Of a DNA stretch of 61,620 nucleotides, positions 37,201-46,051 are shown piece by piece. The position numbers and the translations under genes were made by a program. The DNA comes from a virus (Duplodnaviria > Caudoviricetes), in IMG/VR virus record IMGVR_UViG_3300028559_000041, positions 1 to 61,620 of that record; one strand, 5' to 3'. The notes beneath the pieces are model-generated. The model was not told the DNA's origin, ran no database searches, and saw nothing but the letters and a program-made list of their open reading frames with translations. How positions within the stretch are numbered: position 1 is the first letter of the stretch; each line of letters begins with the position of its first letter.

Positions 37201-40115
37201 GTGATAGGACTACCTGGAACGATAGGAGATCCAGTTGGAGTAGGTGGTCTAACTATACTCGTCGTAACTGCTGGTCTAATTGAACTAGCTGGTGTGATAG
37301 GACTAGCTGGTGTGATAGGACTAGCAGGAATGATAGGACTAGCTGGAGTAAAAGTAGGTGGCCTAACTATACTTGTTGTGACTGCTGGTCTAATTGAACT
37401 AGCTGGAACGATAGGACTAGCTGGTGTGATAGGACTAGCAGGAATGATAGGACTAGCAGGAGTAAAAGTAGGTGGTCTAACTATACTTGTTGTGACTGCT
37501 GGTCTAATTGAACTAAGACTAGGAACAACAGGTTTAGTAGGAGTAAGTGAAGGAATAATTGGACCAGAAACAACCGGAGTAACAGGTTTAACAATACTCG
37601 TTGTAACCGATGGTTTTAATGGAAGAGAAGGTTTATCAGGAACAGTAACTGGTTTAGGTTTTAAAAAGTCAAAAATACCGGAAAATATACCTTTCTTTTT
37701 TACTTCACCATCCGGTGTAGTAACTGAAGGAGTAACAGGTTTAACAATACTTGTTGTAACTGTTGGTTTAGGTTTTAAAAGATCTAGAAGTCTAGAAAAT
37801 ACACCTTTCTTCTCATCTCCTTTAGAAACCGTCTCAACACTAGGTCTAGACATATTATCAACATTGTTAATTGGTTTAATACTTGTCGAAACTGTTGGTT
37901 TTAATGAACCAATTGGAGTAATAGGCTTAGTAGGAGTAATAGAAGGAATAATTGGACCAGAACCAACTGGGGTAACCGGCTTAACAATACTTGTCGTAAC
38001 TGTTGGTTTTTCAACAGGGTTAACAACTGGTTTAGGTTTAAAAAAATCAAAAATACCTGAAAATATGCCCTTCTTTTTTACTTCACCGTCTGGAGTAACC
38101 GAAGGAGTAAGAGGTTTAGCAGGAGTAATAGAAGGAATAATTGGACTAGAACCACCCGGAGTAACAGGTTTAACAATACTTGTTGTGACTGTTGGTTTAG
38201 TTTTAAAAAAATCTATAAATCTAGAAAATATATTCTTCTCATTTACTTTAGAAACAGTCTCAACACTAGGTCTAGACATATTATCAACATTATTAATTGG
38301 CTTGATACTTGTCGAAACTGTTGGTTTCAATGATCCAACTGGTGTAATAGGTTTAGCAGGTACAATCGATGGCATAATTGGGCCAGAACCAACTGGGGTA
38401 ACAGGTTTAACAATACTTGTTGTAACAGTTGGTTTTTCAACAGGGTTAACAACTGGTTTAGGTTTAAAAAAATCAAAAATACCGGAAAATATACCTTTCT
38501 TTTTTACTTCACCGTCTGGAGTAATAGAAGGAATAATTGGACTAGAACCAACCGGAGTAACAGGCTTAACAATACTTGTTGTAACCGTTGGCTTACTAGG
38601 TTTAAAAAAATCTAGAATCCTGGAGAATACACCTTTCTTCTCATCTCCTTTGGAAACAGTCTCAACACTAGGTCTAGACATATTATCAACATTATTAATT
38701 GGCTTAATACTAGTTGTAACCGTTGGTTTCAATGATCCAACTGGTGTAACAACAGGTTTAGCAGGAGTAATAGAAGGAATAATTGGACTAGAACCACCCG
38801 GAGTAACCGGTTTAACAATGCTTGTCGTAACTGTTGGTTTAGGCTTTAAAAAATCTATAAATCTAGAAAATATATTCTTCTCATTTACTTTAGAAACAGT
38901 CTCAACACTAGGTCTAGACATATTATCAACATTATTAATTGGCTTGATACTTGTTGTAACTGTTGGTTTAGGTTTTAGAAAATCAAAAATACCGGAAAAT
39001 ATACCTTTCTTTTTTACTTCACCATCTGGAGTAGGTGTAATTGAAGGACCAGAACCAAACTGAGTAACAGGTTTAACAATACTTGTTGTAACTGTTGGTT
39101 TAGCTTTAAAAAAGTCGAGAACTCTGGAGAATACACCTTTCTTCTCATTTACTTTAGAAACAGTCTCAACACTAGGTCTAGACATATTATCAACATTGTT
39201 GATTGGCTTAATACTAGGAGTGACTGTTGGTTTTACAACAGTGGTGACTGGTTTAGGTTTCAAAAAGTCAAAAATACCAGAAAATATACCCTTCTTTTTT
39301 ACTTCACCATCTAGTGGTGTAACCGAAGGGGTGTCAGGTTTAACAATACTTGTTGTAACTGTTGGTTTAGTTTTAAAAAAGTCTATAATTCCGGAGAATA
39401 CACCCTTCTTCTCATCACCTTTGGAAACGGTCTCAACACTAGGTCTAGACATATTATCAACATTATTAATTGGTTTGATACTTGTCGCAACTGTTGGTTT
39501 CAATGAACCAATTGGTGTAATAGGCTTAGTAGGAGTAATCGAAGGAATAATTGGACTAGAACCAACCGGAGTAACCGGTTTAACAATGCTTGTTGTAACC
39601 GTTGGTTTTTCAACAGGGTTAACAACTGGTTTAGGTTTAAAAAAATCAAAAATACCGGCAAATATACTCTTCTTTTTTACTTCTCCATCTGGAGTAACCG
39701 AAGGAGCAGGAGTAATCGAAGGAATAATTGGACTAGAACCAACCGGAGTAACAGGCTTAACAATACTAGTTGTAACCGTTGGTTTCATAGAACCACCATC
39801 AATTGGTGTAAGTAAAGGAGCAGTAGGTTTAATAATACTAGGAACAGGCTTAATTGAATTGACTTTCGTACCTTCAACAGATTTCTTACTCTCAAGTATA
39901 TTAAGTATTGTATTTTGATTATCTAATATTTTTTTAGTGTCTGTTTCCAATCTAGAAATTGACTCAGATATATTAGTCAGTGACTTAGAAAAGTCACCAG
40001 AAGCCAATGATGTACCAACAGGAGATTTCATCTCCGATTTATTAATAAGTGTCTCTGCAACCTTTTCTAAAGAAAGAGATAAATTATTTAACGCATCTAG
40101 TAACTGTTTATCCAT
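31251..40115 (-). CDS. giant tape-measure-like protein (about 2950 aa)
   Basis: Long Ala/Gly/Ile-rich helical and hydrophobic repeats (AIMKSSDFIRNVKPIG; ILS.G.Y..FP...W) after a P/T/S-rich N-terminal third. Preceded by a TATATA motif. Confidence 0.6.
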   Translation of the reverse strand: MDKQLLDALNNLSLSLEKVAETLINKSEMKSPVGTSLASGDFSKSLTNISESISRLETDTKKILDNQNTILNILESKKSVEGTKVNSIKPVPSIIKPTAPLLTPIDGGSMKPTVTTSIVKPVTPVGSSPIIPSITPAPSVTPDGEVKKKSIFAGIFDFFKPKPVVNPVEKPTVTTSIVKPVTPVGSSPIIPSITPTKPITPIGSLKPTVATSIKPINNVDNMSRPSVETVSKGDEKKGVFSGIIDFFKTKPTVTTSIVKPDTPSVTPLDGEVKKKGIFSGIFDFLKPKPVTTVVKPTVTPSIKPINNVDNMSRPSVETVSKVNEKKGVFSRVLDFFKAKPTVTTSIVKPVTQFGSGPSITPTPDGEVKKKGIFSGIFDFLKPKPTVTTSIKPINNVDNMSRPSVETVSKVNEKNIFSRFIDFLKPKPTVTTSIVKPVTPGGSSPIIPSITPAKPVVTPVGSLKPTVTTSIKPINNVDNMSRPSVETVSKGDEKKGVFSRILDFFKPSKPTVTTSIVKPVTPVGSSPIIPSITPDGEVKKKGIFSGIFDFFKPKPVVNPVEKPTVTTSIVKPVTPVGSGPIMPSIVPAKPITPVGSLKPTVSTSIKPINNVDNMSRPSVETVSKVNEKNIFSRFIDFFKTKPTVTTSIVKPVTPGGSSPIIPSITPAKPLTPSVTPDGEVKKKGIFSGIFDFFKPKPVVNPVEKPTVTTSIVKPVTPVGSGPIIPSITPTKPITPIGSLKPTVSTSIKPINNVDNMSRPSVETVSKGDEKKGVFSRLLDLLKPKPTVTTSIVKPVTPSVTTPDGEVKKKGIFSGIFDFLKPKPVTVPDKPSLPLKPSVTTSIVKPVTPVVSGPIIPSLTPTKPVVPSLSSIRPAVTTSIVRPPTFTPASPIIPASPITPASPIVPASSIRPAVTTSIVRPPTFTPASPIIPASPITPASPITPASSIRPAVTTSIVRPPTPTGSPIVPGSPITPASPITPASPITPASSIRPAVTTSIVRPPTPTVSPIVPGSPITPVGPSTPVGSTPVGPVRPAVTTSIVRPTTPPGSPPAMNPPAKGGSWSGLPVIPVAIVSFGDGSELLGSNSAATVIGRRKAAKGPADIKDSRSKSPDVKKSAAKDMSRPSVETVSKEGEEKKKKGLFSEEQKKAIGDGVKLLLLMAVGIVAIGLAFKIVGGINVASVLALAVALPLVAIAFEKISKVKTTPREMAMVSLSLVIMAGAILLTSFILSKVKPIGMAQAFSTIVIAGAFAIISTQMGKLIGALGKISPVTAVIAALLMPIVLVAVSYAIMKSSDFIRNVKPIGFQQAFSTIVIAATFAIISLSLGKLIGAFKGISPVAALVAAALMPIVLIGVSYAIMKSSDFIRNVKPIGFQQAFSSIVIAGVFALVGFGLGKMLKAFDKISPMEALAFAIIGPIILIGISYAIMKSSEFIRNVKPVGFQQFFASVVISLVFVVLSFGIKQIVKALDKISLVDITKAAIFAPIILIAMSYAIMESSQFIRNVKPIGLQQFFASIMISIIFVALSFAVKFIVKNTRGISAKDMVKGGLILVAMAVGILAASLLIKLIPNISNSQFGSFIKLSLVLVSLAAVALAITKITKNISQKDMIKASLVIVALAITIALTSQILSMGDYSKFPEAIWTLSTAFTISVFGLVAGGLGFLIKKIGVKEFLIGAVAIVVLGAAIALTSQILSMGDYSKYPTVGWSLGVGLTLVAFGVASLAIGELILATGGLAAGAMALGALAILGLAATIVATDKILSSGSYTTFPSNDWIGSVAKTLLLFGTAVVTLGAISAGGGLLEGITFGLVKNPIDAGIDAVRKISGIIVETSSILADGDYGNFPTDQWISGVAKTLLLFGTAVVTLGAISSGGGALEGITFGLVKNPIKAGIDAIKDISQSIVDADTILSTGSYTGGPKVEWSKGIGLALGSFSSVYKMMMSSQILSLFTGGKVGGETFTASIRSISEAIKIAGDELSSGNFTGGPTEAWAKSVGIAIGAFSIVYDMMEKSKIMSFFSKDLGVTVEAFSSAIGSISTGIATAATTLGGVKFEGGPKEEWAKSVGLAIGAFSEVYNMLQKQKVMNLGGKIVGKIGKLFGGSGKAVDLGVSVTEFSSAIEVIAGGLATAAINLGAAKDIWKGGPSETWAKGVGQAIAAFAPVFTAVSETTSLFGSGPPIAAFKEAIVTISGGIIEAAGVFGAASKDAVFDLSKVPSAEWGQNVGQAISAFSPVFQYLSENSGWFSDAGEAAQKLKSAIKDIALAIKDASTTLFGGNYGYEIDAKWGKSISVIYKQFIDLFNNDDLETDVDVIKEKNIAVVEIAKGIKSVSDTLATGLYDTKFFEFDKSATKLISSFLSLYDKLSDLEDAKKKFTTLEDLSMNIKQVSIILSAGKYETKFLKYEKESTSLISSFVKLLNKTSDIEEPVNKFATMLSLANNIRDISNIISTGKYDVSMPKDYMSSFEKAIDSITSIVKKVRSITNKDMIKVYLLPNQLQKLSFSLSKIKFAEIPDNWIDSTSKTLSKFADLIKIIGGKTNLSDSKKIENLTISILKIDKLVELGRYKDYPPTSWIDNISKSIMKYGSLIMSVNKSFTTEGLLLGSFKISTIIKNIVDVSNKISSGKYSKYPELSWIEATELLVNRFGELSMSVDKKYGLSSLNTGLLKILNISKTISAISGYLSMGKYTSFPSLDWASGVPKALQGFMNLKFNSSMMDYLFPKDEETEKNKIAKVIDLMLFVDSRFKSGNWTKFPTVSWANGTIVALSKFGNILKLLDFKNLGSGIGKNTGIISAIGNIDLLTRAFDRLGIAIDRFTKSVDVIDAKKLESIRTLTSNVVLLSMMDPNQFETMMSKLESKSQVFNGLINDSKTKSSAPSAPSSSGSVRSTGVVSMGSVNRPSSGTDVSKAATDNQSKATMDKLVTIMADIASVVGSKGTLMEYIESIKPKEDKGSWFDFS
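36730..39860 (-). repeat. modular in-frame repeat array (PTVTTSIVKPV, NNVDNMSRPSVETVSK, KKGIFSGIFDFFK, PASPIT)
   Basis: DNA block GTCTCAACACTAGGTCTAGACATA occurs seven times, interspersed with other reshuffled modules. Confidence 0.9.
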
Positions 40116-40175
40116 CAAAATTAACTTTAATTTACAAAGTATATATAAATTATGTTAACATCTTAATATATAAAC

Positions 40176-40673
40176 ATGAAAAACATGATAAATGATAAAA
40201 ATACTATGAAGATTATGAAATTTAAAAAATTCATATCCTATTTCAATTTACGTGAATCTCTTAAAGAGGTTGAATTGAATCAAATTCTTGATAAAATTTC
40301 AAAAAAAATGAAATTGACTTATGGAGAAGAGTCATTTCTTGGTAAATTTGGAAAAGTAAAAGATGATGATTTAAAAGATTATAAAATGCTTTCAATGCAA
40401 TCAACATTTGAAAAAATAAGCGATCTAATAAATAATAATAAAAAAGTTATTTGTGATCTATATGATAAAAATGGTAAAGTAGGAATTCAAATAATTTCAA
40501 TTTATAACGATTATGAAAATGAAATCTGTATTCTGGAATTAAAGAACGGTGAGAAAATCGATCTAAAAGATAATTATCTTTATAACATAATATATAACAT
40601 ACAAAAAGATTCATATTCATTACAAGCTGAAGACGAATTCTTTGAGAAAATACCAGTGAAAAATGAAGATTAA
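40176..40673 (+). CDS. hypothetical protein; tag-like MKIMKFKKF..LRES and LNQILDKIS module
   Basis: 165-aa ORF (alternative start 40206); TAATATATAA upstream. Confidence 0.65.
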   Translation: MKNMINDKNTMKIMKFKKFISYFNLRESLKEVELNQILDKISKKMKLTYGEESFLGKFGKVKDDDLKDYKMLSMQSTFEKISDLINNNKKVICDLYDKNGKVGIQIISIYNDYENEICILELKNGEKIDLKDNYLYNIIYNIQKDSYSLQAEDEFFEKIPVKNED

Positions 40674-40932
40674 AAATTATAAATCATTCTTAGAAGCAAT
40701 ATCCGGAACTGAACTAGTAGGACACATGGGTCCTAACTACGGCGAAGAAGATAACTCACCTATGAAAAAACTAGGAACCACTGATGTTATTTATTCAGAT
40801 ATGTTCGGAAAAATGGTACTATATGATGATTATCAAGACCTATATATGGATTATCTTAAAAAAGGTGGAACTCCACTTCAAGGATTTAATTTAGAAAACT
40901 TAGATAAGGTTTTAGGAGTTTTGAATAATTAA
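40663..40932 (+). CDS. small protein, tagged N-terminus (MKIKNYKSFLEA)
   Basis: 89-aa ORF. Confidence 0.65.
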   Translation: MKIKNYKSFLEAISGTELVGHMGPNYGEEDNSPMKKLGTTDVIYSDMFGKMVLYDDYQDLYMDYLKKGGTPLQGFNLENLDKVLGVLNN

Positions 40933-42164
40933 ATCTTATTTTTAAGACTCTCTTTCAAAATATCAAATATCCGGTCAATCTGGTCATATCTAATACGGAT
41001 TAAATCAATGTAATTATCTTCACAATAATCATTTTTAATTTTATCGTTTATTTTGAGTGATTCATATGATTTTAATCCACCGAAAAGCTCTACTGGTTCA
41101 TAGTGTTGAATTCCATCAAACTCTATAGCGATTCTGTATTTAGGTAGGTAGAAATCAAAAGGTAGTTTATATCTCAATCCAATACATCCATCAAACTTTT
41201 TTTGCCTAACATATTCAATCTGATTTATATCTAAAAATTTAGATATTTTCTTTTCACCCTTTGATTCATTACAATGAGAACAACCTGCACCACTCAAATG
41301 TGATGATGATACTTGTTCAAAATCACCGTGTATTTTACAAACTATTTTTACCTTTGTCTGATTATTCACATATTTAACCTTTGAGTAGTCATATAAAAAA
41401 TTATGTATCTCATTTGCTTCTTTTATAAATTGATTTGTTGTTTTTTTTAAAATTACTCTTTCGACCAATCCAGAAGAATGTATATGAGCTCCTGCTTTTT
41501 GTTCATATACCTTACCTTCAAATATTATTTTAACTTTGTTTTGACTACCACTATATTCAACCAATGAATAATCATATTTATCTCCGTGTTTATCATAACA
41601 TTTTCTTAAAAAGTCGTCTTGATTTTTTATAGTATCTCTTTCACAATTATATCCAAGTAGATGTAAAACCGGTTTCTGTCTATAAATGACATCATCATAT
41701 TTAATCAAAACTTCTATGTGTGATCCTTTATAATCCACTAATGAATAATCATATTTATAACCCCAAATTGATCTAGCATCATCTATAAAATCTCTGTTAC
41801 TTCTAAGTCGTCTAACTCTTTCTGGTTTACGACCCATTAAATGTTTACTTGGATTTTGCAAATATTCAATACCATCTTTTATAAGTACTACCTTTGTGTT
41901 CATGTTTTTAAAAACGGTCTTACTATATTCATACTCTTCACCATGTATCTTTTTGGACTCAAAAATGAACCTATCGGTGTCCCATCTCAATTCACACATT
42001 TTACCTAAGATGTGATCTTCTGCTTTTTGTGAAAATATCCAATCCTTGTAAATTATTTTAATACTTGTCTTCATATTTTTATAATCAACAAGTGAGTAAT
42101 CATATTTATCACCCCATATTTTCCTTGATTTACTTATAAAATCCTCATTAGATATTCTTTTCAT
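40929..42164 (-). CDS. homing-endonuclease-like protein with KYDYSLVxY repeats and C-terminal PD-(D/E)XK domain
   Basis: Five F......G.KYDYS.V.Y-type repeats; SKGE..I, LPFDFYLP...IEFDGIQHY. Confidence 0.7.
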   Translation of the reverse strand: MKRISNEDFISKSRKIWGDKYDYSLVDYKNMKTSIKIIYKDWIFSQKAEDHILGKMCELRWDTDRFIFESKKIHGEEYEYSKTVFKNMNTKVVLIKDGIEYLQNPSKHLMGRKPERVRRLRSNRDFIDDARSIWGYKYDYSLVDYKGSHIEVLIKYDDVIYRQKPVLHLLGYNCERDTIKNQDDFLRKCYDKHGDKYDYSLVEYSGSQNKVKIIFEGKVYEQKAGAHIHSSGLVERVILKKTTNQFIKEANEIHNFLYDYSKVKYVNNQTKVKIVCKIHGDFEQVSSSHLSGAGCSHCNESKGEKKISKFLDINQIEYVRQKKFDGCIGLRYKLPFDFYLPKYRIAIEFDGIQHYEPVELFGGLKSYESLKINDKIKNDYCEDNYIDLIRIRYDQIDRIFDILKESLKNKI

Positions 42165-42290
42165 ATATAGTATATATAAAATATATCTTCTTCCTATCCA
42201 CTATTTAACATATACTTTGATACATAAATTTATTTTTTGATGTGGTATATTAAATCAAATATATACTATATAAAAAATAAATTTTTAAAA

Positions 42291-43517
42291 ATGGCAAAAC
42301 AAACAGGTAAAGAAACCAAGAAATTTGAATTCAGTAAAGTAGGATCTATATTGGATAATATAGCAAAAACAATTCCAATTGTTATTGAAAAGGAAGTAAA
42401 AGAAAAGAAATTTATTAGTACTGGAAATTATCTATTAGACGCAGCTTTATCAGCTAGATTAGTAGGAGGTGGAATTTTAGGAGGTAGAATTTTTGGAATT
42501 TTAGGTGAAAGTGGTAGCGGTAAATCCTTTATAGCATATTCAATATGTAGATCGGCACAAAAAGATGGATATTCGATTATTTACATTGATACGGAAAACT
42601 CGATAGATTTAGACGGCATCACGAAGTATGGTATTGATAACTCTAATGAAAAATTCAGATTAATCAGATCAAATAAAGTTGAAGATATAAATATGTCACT
42701 CACTCAATTATTAGATGATTTAAAAGAAGCTAAATTAGGTGGATATGAAATGCCAAAATTATTAATTGTATTAGATTCAATTGGTATGATGTCATCTAAT
42801 AAGGAAAAAGAAGATTTGTTAAAAGGTGCAATGAAACAGGACATGACACGTGCGAAAGGATTAAATGCTCTTTTCAGAAGTATTAGCTCTGATCTTGGAT
42901 ACCTTGATATTCCTATGATCTGCTGTAACCATACGTATCTATCCCAAGATCTTTTCCCAAAAGAGATTTCCAAAGGCGGGATGGGTCTAGTATATTCCGC
43001 ATCAGTTTTGGGATTTTTAAGCAAAAGTAAGCTTAAAGATGGAACAGAAGATGAGATGGATTTAGGTCAGTCAGGTATTTCTGTTCTATTCAAAACTCAA
43101 AAGAATCGTTTAGCCAAACCAAAGAAAATTAGATTTGATATTTCTTTTGCAACAGGTTTAAATAAATATAGTGGTTTAGAGAATTTCTGTCGTCCAGAAT
43201 ACTTCACACAAGTTGGAATCGCTCAAGGTAAAATGGAAGTTGATAAAAAAACTGGAGAGATGACATTTACACCAGGTGGTAACAGATGGTATATAAATCA
43301 TTTAAATAAATCAGTCACAACTAAACAATTATTCACTCAAGAAATATTCACAATGGAAGTTCTTGAGAAGATGGCACCAATTGTTAATGATTATTTCAGA
43401 TTTAAATCATTAGATGAAATTGAACAAGTTGAAAAAGAGTTTAATGATATAATTGGTGAAGAAGAAATTGAAACACCAGATAGTGAATCATTTGATGCAG
43501 GTGATTTCTTTAGTTAA
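42291..43517 (+). CDS. uvsX: UvsX/RecA-like recombinase
   Basis: ISTG...LDAALS, GESGSGKS (Walker A), YIDTENS, IVLDSIG, DMTRAK, NHTY and GGMG..YSAS. Confidence 0.9.
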   Translation: MAKQTGKETKKFEFSKVGSILDNIAKTIPIVIEKEVKEKKFISTGNYLLDAALSARLVGGGILGGRIFGILGESGSGKSFIAYSICRSAQKDGYSIIYIDTENSIDLDGITKYGIDNSNEKFRLIRSNKVEDINMSLTQLLDDLKEAKLGGYEMPKLLIVLDSIGMMSSNKEKEDLLKGAMKQDMTRAKGLNALFRSISSDLGYLDIPMICCNHTYLSQDLFPKEISKGGMGLVYSASVLGFLSKSKLKDGTEDEMDLGQSGISVLFKTQKNRLAKPKKIRFDISFATGLNKYSGLENFCRPEYFTQVGIAQGKMEVDKKTGEMTFTPGGNRWYINHLNKSVTTKQLFTQEIFTMEVLEKMAPIVNDYFRFKSLDEIEQVEKEFNDIIGEEEIETPDSESFDAGDFFS

Positions 43518-43523
43518 TAATTT

Positions 43524-43550
43524 AAAACCCACTCAAATGAGTGGGTTTTT
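43524..43550. terminator. bidirectional terminator, ACCCACTCA family copy 2
   Basis: AAAACCCACTCAAATGAGTGGGTTTT. Confidence 0.85.
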
Positions 43551-43816
43551 CATTTATATTTAATAACTCCTCCAATATTATTTAATATTGGTACTGATAA
43601 TTGATTTGGTTTTCCGACTGTTTGTACAGTAATACTTTTAATTTGTTCCGGATATTTTGTAAAATAATCTACCAGAACTTGTTTCTTTTCTTCTTCTCCG
43701 CTTTCATCTTCAAAATCAAAGAATCTTATCAATCTAAAAATATTGTTATCAACATATTCTTTAGCATCAAGTTTATTTTTCTGATTATATAAATCCCAAT
43801 CATCAATATGGTCCAT
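43550..43816 (-). CDS. hypothetical protein
   Basis: 88-aa ORF. Confidence 0.6.
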   Translation of the reverse strand: MDHIDDWDLYNQKNKLDAKEYVDNNIFRLIRFFDFEDESGEEEKKQVLVDYFTKYPEQIKSITVQTVGKPNQLSVPILNNIGGVIKYK

Positions 43817-43817
43817 A

Positions 43818-44117
43818 TTATTTACTTTTTGATTCGTTACTAACGTGACCTATTTTTCTATCCATTTCATCAAGAGTATTTACAACCTTTTCTGGGAAAA
43901 ATTGATTTAACTTTTGAATAGTAGAATCGTCATCATAGTAATATAATTGATTATCAATAACCGATATTTCGCCTTGTGAAATCATACTAGATATGATAGG
44001 ATCAGTAAGATAGTTCATCTCAGAGTCAGATATAGATATAGATATAACATTTTCAACACCTGGACCAGGAGGAATGTTATTAGATTCATTAATAAATTGT
44101 AAATATGTCTTTATCAT
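43818..44117 (-). CDS. small protein, tagged N-terminus (MIKTYLQFINES)
   Basis: N-terminus closely resembles the T4 IPII/IPIII sequence MKTYQEFIAE; TTAATATATAA upstream. Confidence 0.65.
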   Translation of the reverse strand: MIKTYLQFINESNNIPPGPGVENVISISISDSEMNYLTDPIISSMISQGEISVIDNQLYYYDDDSTIQKLNQFFPEKVVNTLDEMDRKIGHVSNESKSK

Positions 44118-44147
44118 ATAGTATTTTAGTTTTTTTATATATTAAAT

Positions 44148-44176
44148 TTTGTTATTAGAAATATTTCGTATATTTG
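44148..44176 (+). promoter_or_regulatory. Bacteroidota-type promoter TTTG-N17-TATATTTG
   Basis: TATATTTG at 44169-44176, directly before the ATG at 44181 (near-leaderless). Confidence 0.6.
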
Positions 44177-44180
44177 TCAT

Positions 44181-44786
44181 ATGAGAATTGAACATCAAAA
44201 CATCCATTTCGCTAGTGATTACCACATTGGCCATCACAATGTCATTAGATTTGACGGAAGGCCGTTTGTAAGTATAGAAGAAATGCATGAAACACTTATT
44301 AAAAACTGGAACTCAGTAGTTGAAGATGAAGATATAGTATTTTACTTAGGTGACTTTGCTTTTAAAGATAAAGGTGAACCAAAGTGGTTTAGAGAACAAT
44401 TAAAAGGTAAGATTTATTTTATAATGGGAAACCACGATAGAATAAGAGACATATCTAAATTAGGATTTGAAAAAGTATTTGGTGATGATACTGCTCTTGG
44501 TGGAGCAACTATATCAGTAAAAGATGAAGATGCAAATAGAGGATATCAAGATATAATAATGTGTCATTATCCAATACTTTCTTGGAATAAAGCACATCAT
44601 GGTTCGTGGCATATTCACGGACATTGTCACCAATCACTGGCTAAAAACCCAGAAATGGATTGGTATTACAAAAGAAAAGTTATAGATGCTGGAACTAATG
44701 GATTAGGATATACACCGATATCTTACACAGAGTTGAAAAAGATTATGAATGAAAAGATTGTATCATCAGTAGATCATCACGAATAA
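44181..44786 (+). CDS. calcineurin-like metallophosphoesterase
   Basis: SDYHIGH, LGDF, GNHD, CHYP and HGHCH. Confidence 0.85.
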   Translation: MRIEHQNIHFASDYHIGHHNVIRFDGRPFVSIEEMHETLIKNWNSVVEDEDIVFYLGDFAFKDKGEPKWFREQLKGKIYFIMGNHDRIRDISKLGFEKVFGDDTALGGATISVKDEDANRGYQDIIMCHYPILSWNKAHHGSWHIHGHCHQSLAKNPEMDWYYKRKVIDAGTNGLGYTPISYTELKKIMNEKIVSSVDHHE

Positions 44787-44980
44787 TGAAAGTACTTTGT
44801 ATAGATAACAAAAATGTTTCACTATCTTTAACAATTGGAGAATGGTATAAAGTAATTTCAGAAGATGAACATACTTATCTCATTGATAATGATCACGCAT
44901 ACACAAAAAGAATTGCTAAAAGTAAATTTTTATCAAAGGAAGAACTACGACAACTTAAACTAGAAAAATTAGGCATATGA
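44786..44980 (+). CDS. small protein (KVLCID..LTIG..Y; C-terminal R..KLEKLGI)
   Basis: 64-aa ORF coupled to its neighbours. Confidence 0.65.
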   Translation: MKVLCIDNKNVSLSLTIGEWYKVISEDEHTYLIDNDHAYTKRIAKSKFLSKEELRQLKLEKLGI

Positions 44981-45390
44981 ACTCACTAAACAAATCATCA
45001 GAAATTTTATTGTCAGAAATGACATCAGAAGATATCATCAGAAAAGAACTTGATGATGTCACACTTTATTTTGATTATCAAGAAACTGATTCTGAGACTG
45101 AATTGTCTCTTATAACAATTTCTAAAAATCACGGTGAAAGATTTCTTTTTCACAAGATAAGTTCAAATAGTAAATTATCTTGTCTAGGTAAAATGATCGA
45201 TTATATCAAATCAGATTACAAGGTAAATCATCAAAATTATGAAATCATTTGGAGAAAAAAGGGAGACACAAAAGATAATGTCTCTTGGTTCAACGGTAAA
45301 TCGTTTTTATCTATTATAGATAAGTTTTACTTCATGAAAGATCCATCTGATATTTTAATCTATGAGGTTAAAATGAAACCGATGGCTTAA
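44977..45390 (+). CDS. hypothetical protein
   Basis: 137-aa ORF. Confidence 0.65.
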   Translation: MNSLNKSSEILLSEMTSEDIIRKELDDVTLYFDYQETDSETELSLITISKNHGERFLFHKISSNSKLSCLGKMIDYIKSDYKVNHQNYEIIWRKKGDTKDNVSWFNGKSFLSIIDKFYFMKDPSDILIYEVKMKPMA

Positions 45391-45391
45391 A

Positions 45392-46051
45392 TTACCAGTT
45401 AGGTAAATAAACTGTATTCACAAATACCATTCTTTCATTAGAATTATAGATTAATTGCTTATGAGTGACATAATTAAGTGATAACATAAAGTTATTATAA
45501 TTAACTGCTCTGCTATCTATCTCTAAAACTATTATAGGTTTATCTCTTTCTATTATTTCCTTTGCACCCTTTAATGCTTCGAGTTCATATCCTTCTAGAT
45601 CTAAATGAATTAGAGATATTTTACAATCTTTAGGAATTATAGAATCTAGTTTAACCATTTCAACCTTATAACCTACATCTCCTATCTCACTTCTTGGTCC
45701 CATTTCTAAACCAATTTCATCTATATGTTTTAATACACATTCGCCATCATATTCCCCTATTGCGTATGGAAATATATTAACATTGTCTAATTTATTTAGC
45801 GATATTGTATCTAATGAAGATTCATACATTAATTTATTAGGTTCAAAAGCCCATACTTTGTCACAGTTTTTTAAAGCCGGTAAAAAATCACCAAAACCTG
45901 ATCCTGCGTGAATTATATTTCCACCTATTGACCTGATATAATCAATTGTTGTATCTTCATGCACATCACCATCTAATATGGTTTGAGCATTATATGTATA
46001 TGCAATTTCTTTTGGTATTGAATAAACACCGTATTTATTCTTCCCTTGCAT
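45392..46051 (-). CDS. FkbM-family SAM-dependent methyltransferase
   Basis: IIHAGSGFG, VWAFEPN, LDSII, LIHLDLEGYELEALKGA...I....P.I.LE. Confidence 0.8.
   Translation of the reverse strand: MQGKNKYGVYSIPKEIAYTYNAQTILDGDVHEDTTIDYIRSIGGNIIHAGSGFGDFLPALKNCDKVWAFEPNKLMYESSLDTISLNKLDNVNIFPYAIGEYDGECVLKHIDEIGLEMGPRSEIGDVGYKVEMVKLDSIIPKDCKISLIHLDLEGYELEALKGAKEIIERDKPIIVLEIDSRAVNYNNFMLSLNYVTHKQLIYNSNERMVFVNTVYLPNW

Noticed and set aside
36730-39480. Recurrent ~35-nt conserved block resembling a CRISPR repeat
   Set aside because: Spacing is hundreds of nt and irregular, the intervening DNA is itself repetitive and in-frame coding, and no cas genes are present.
37009-39918. Long + strand ORFs (684 aa and 240 aa) and other antisense ORFs within 31251..40118
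   Set aside because: Shadow frames of the repeat-rich tape-measure-like gene. They lack independent starts or motifs, and stop scarcity is explained by the Pro/Thr/Ser codon pattern.
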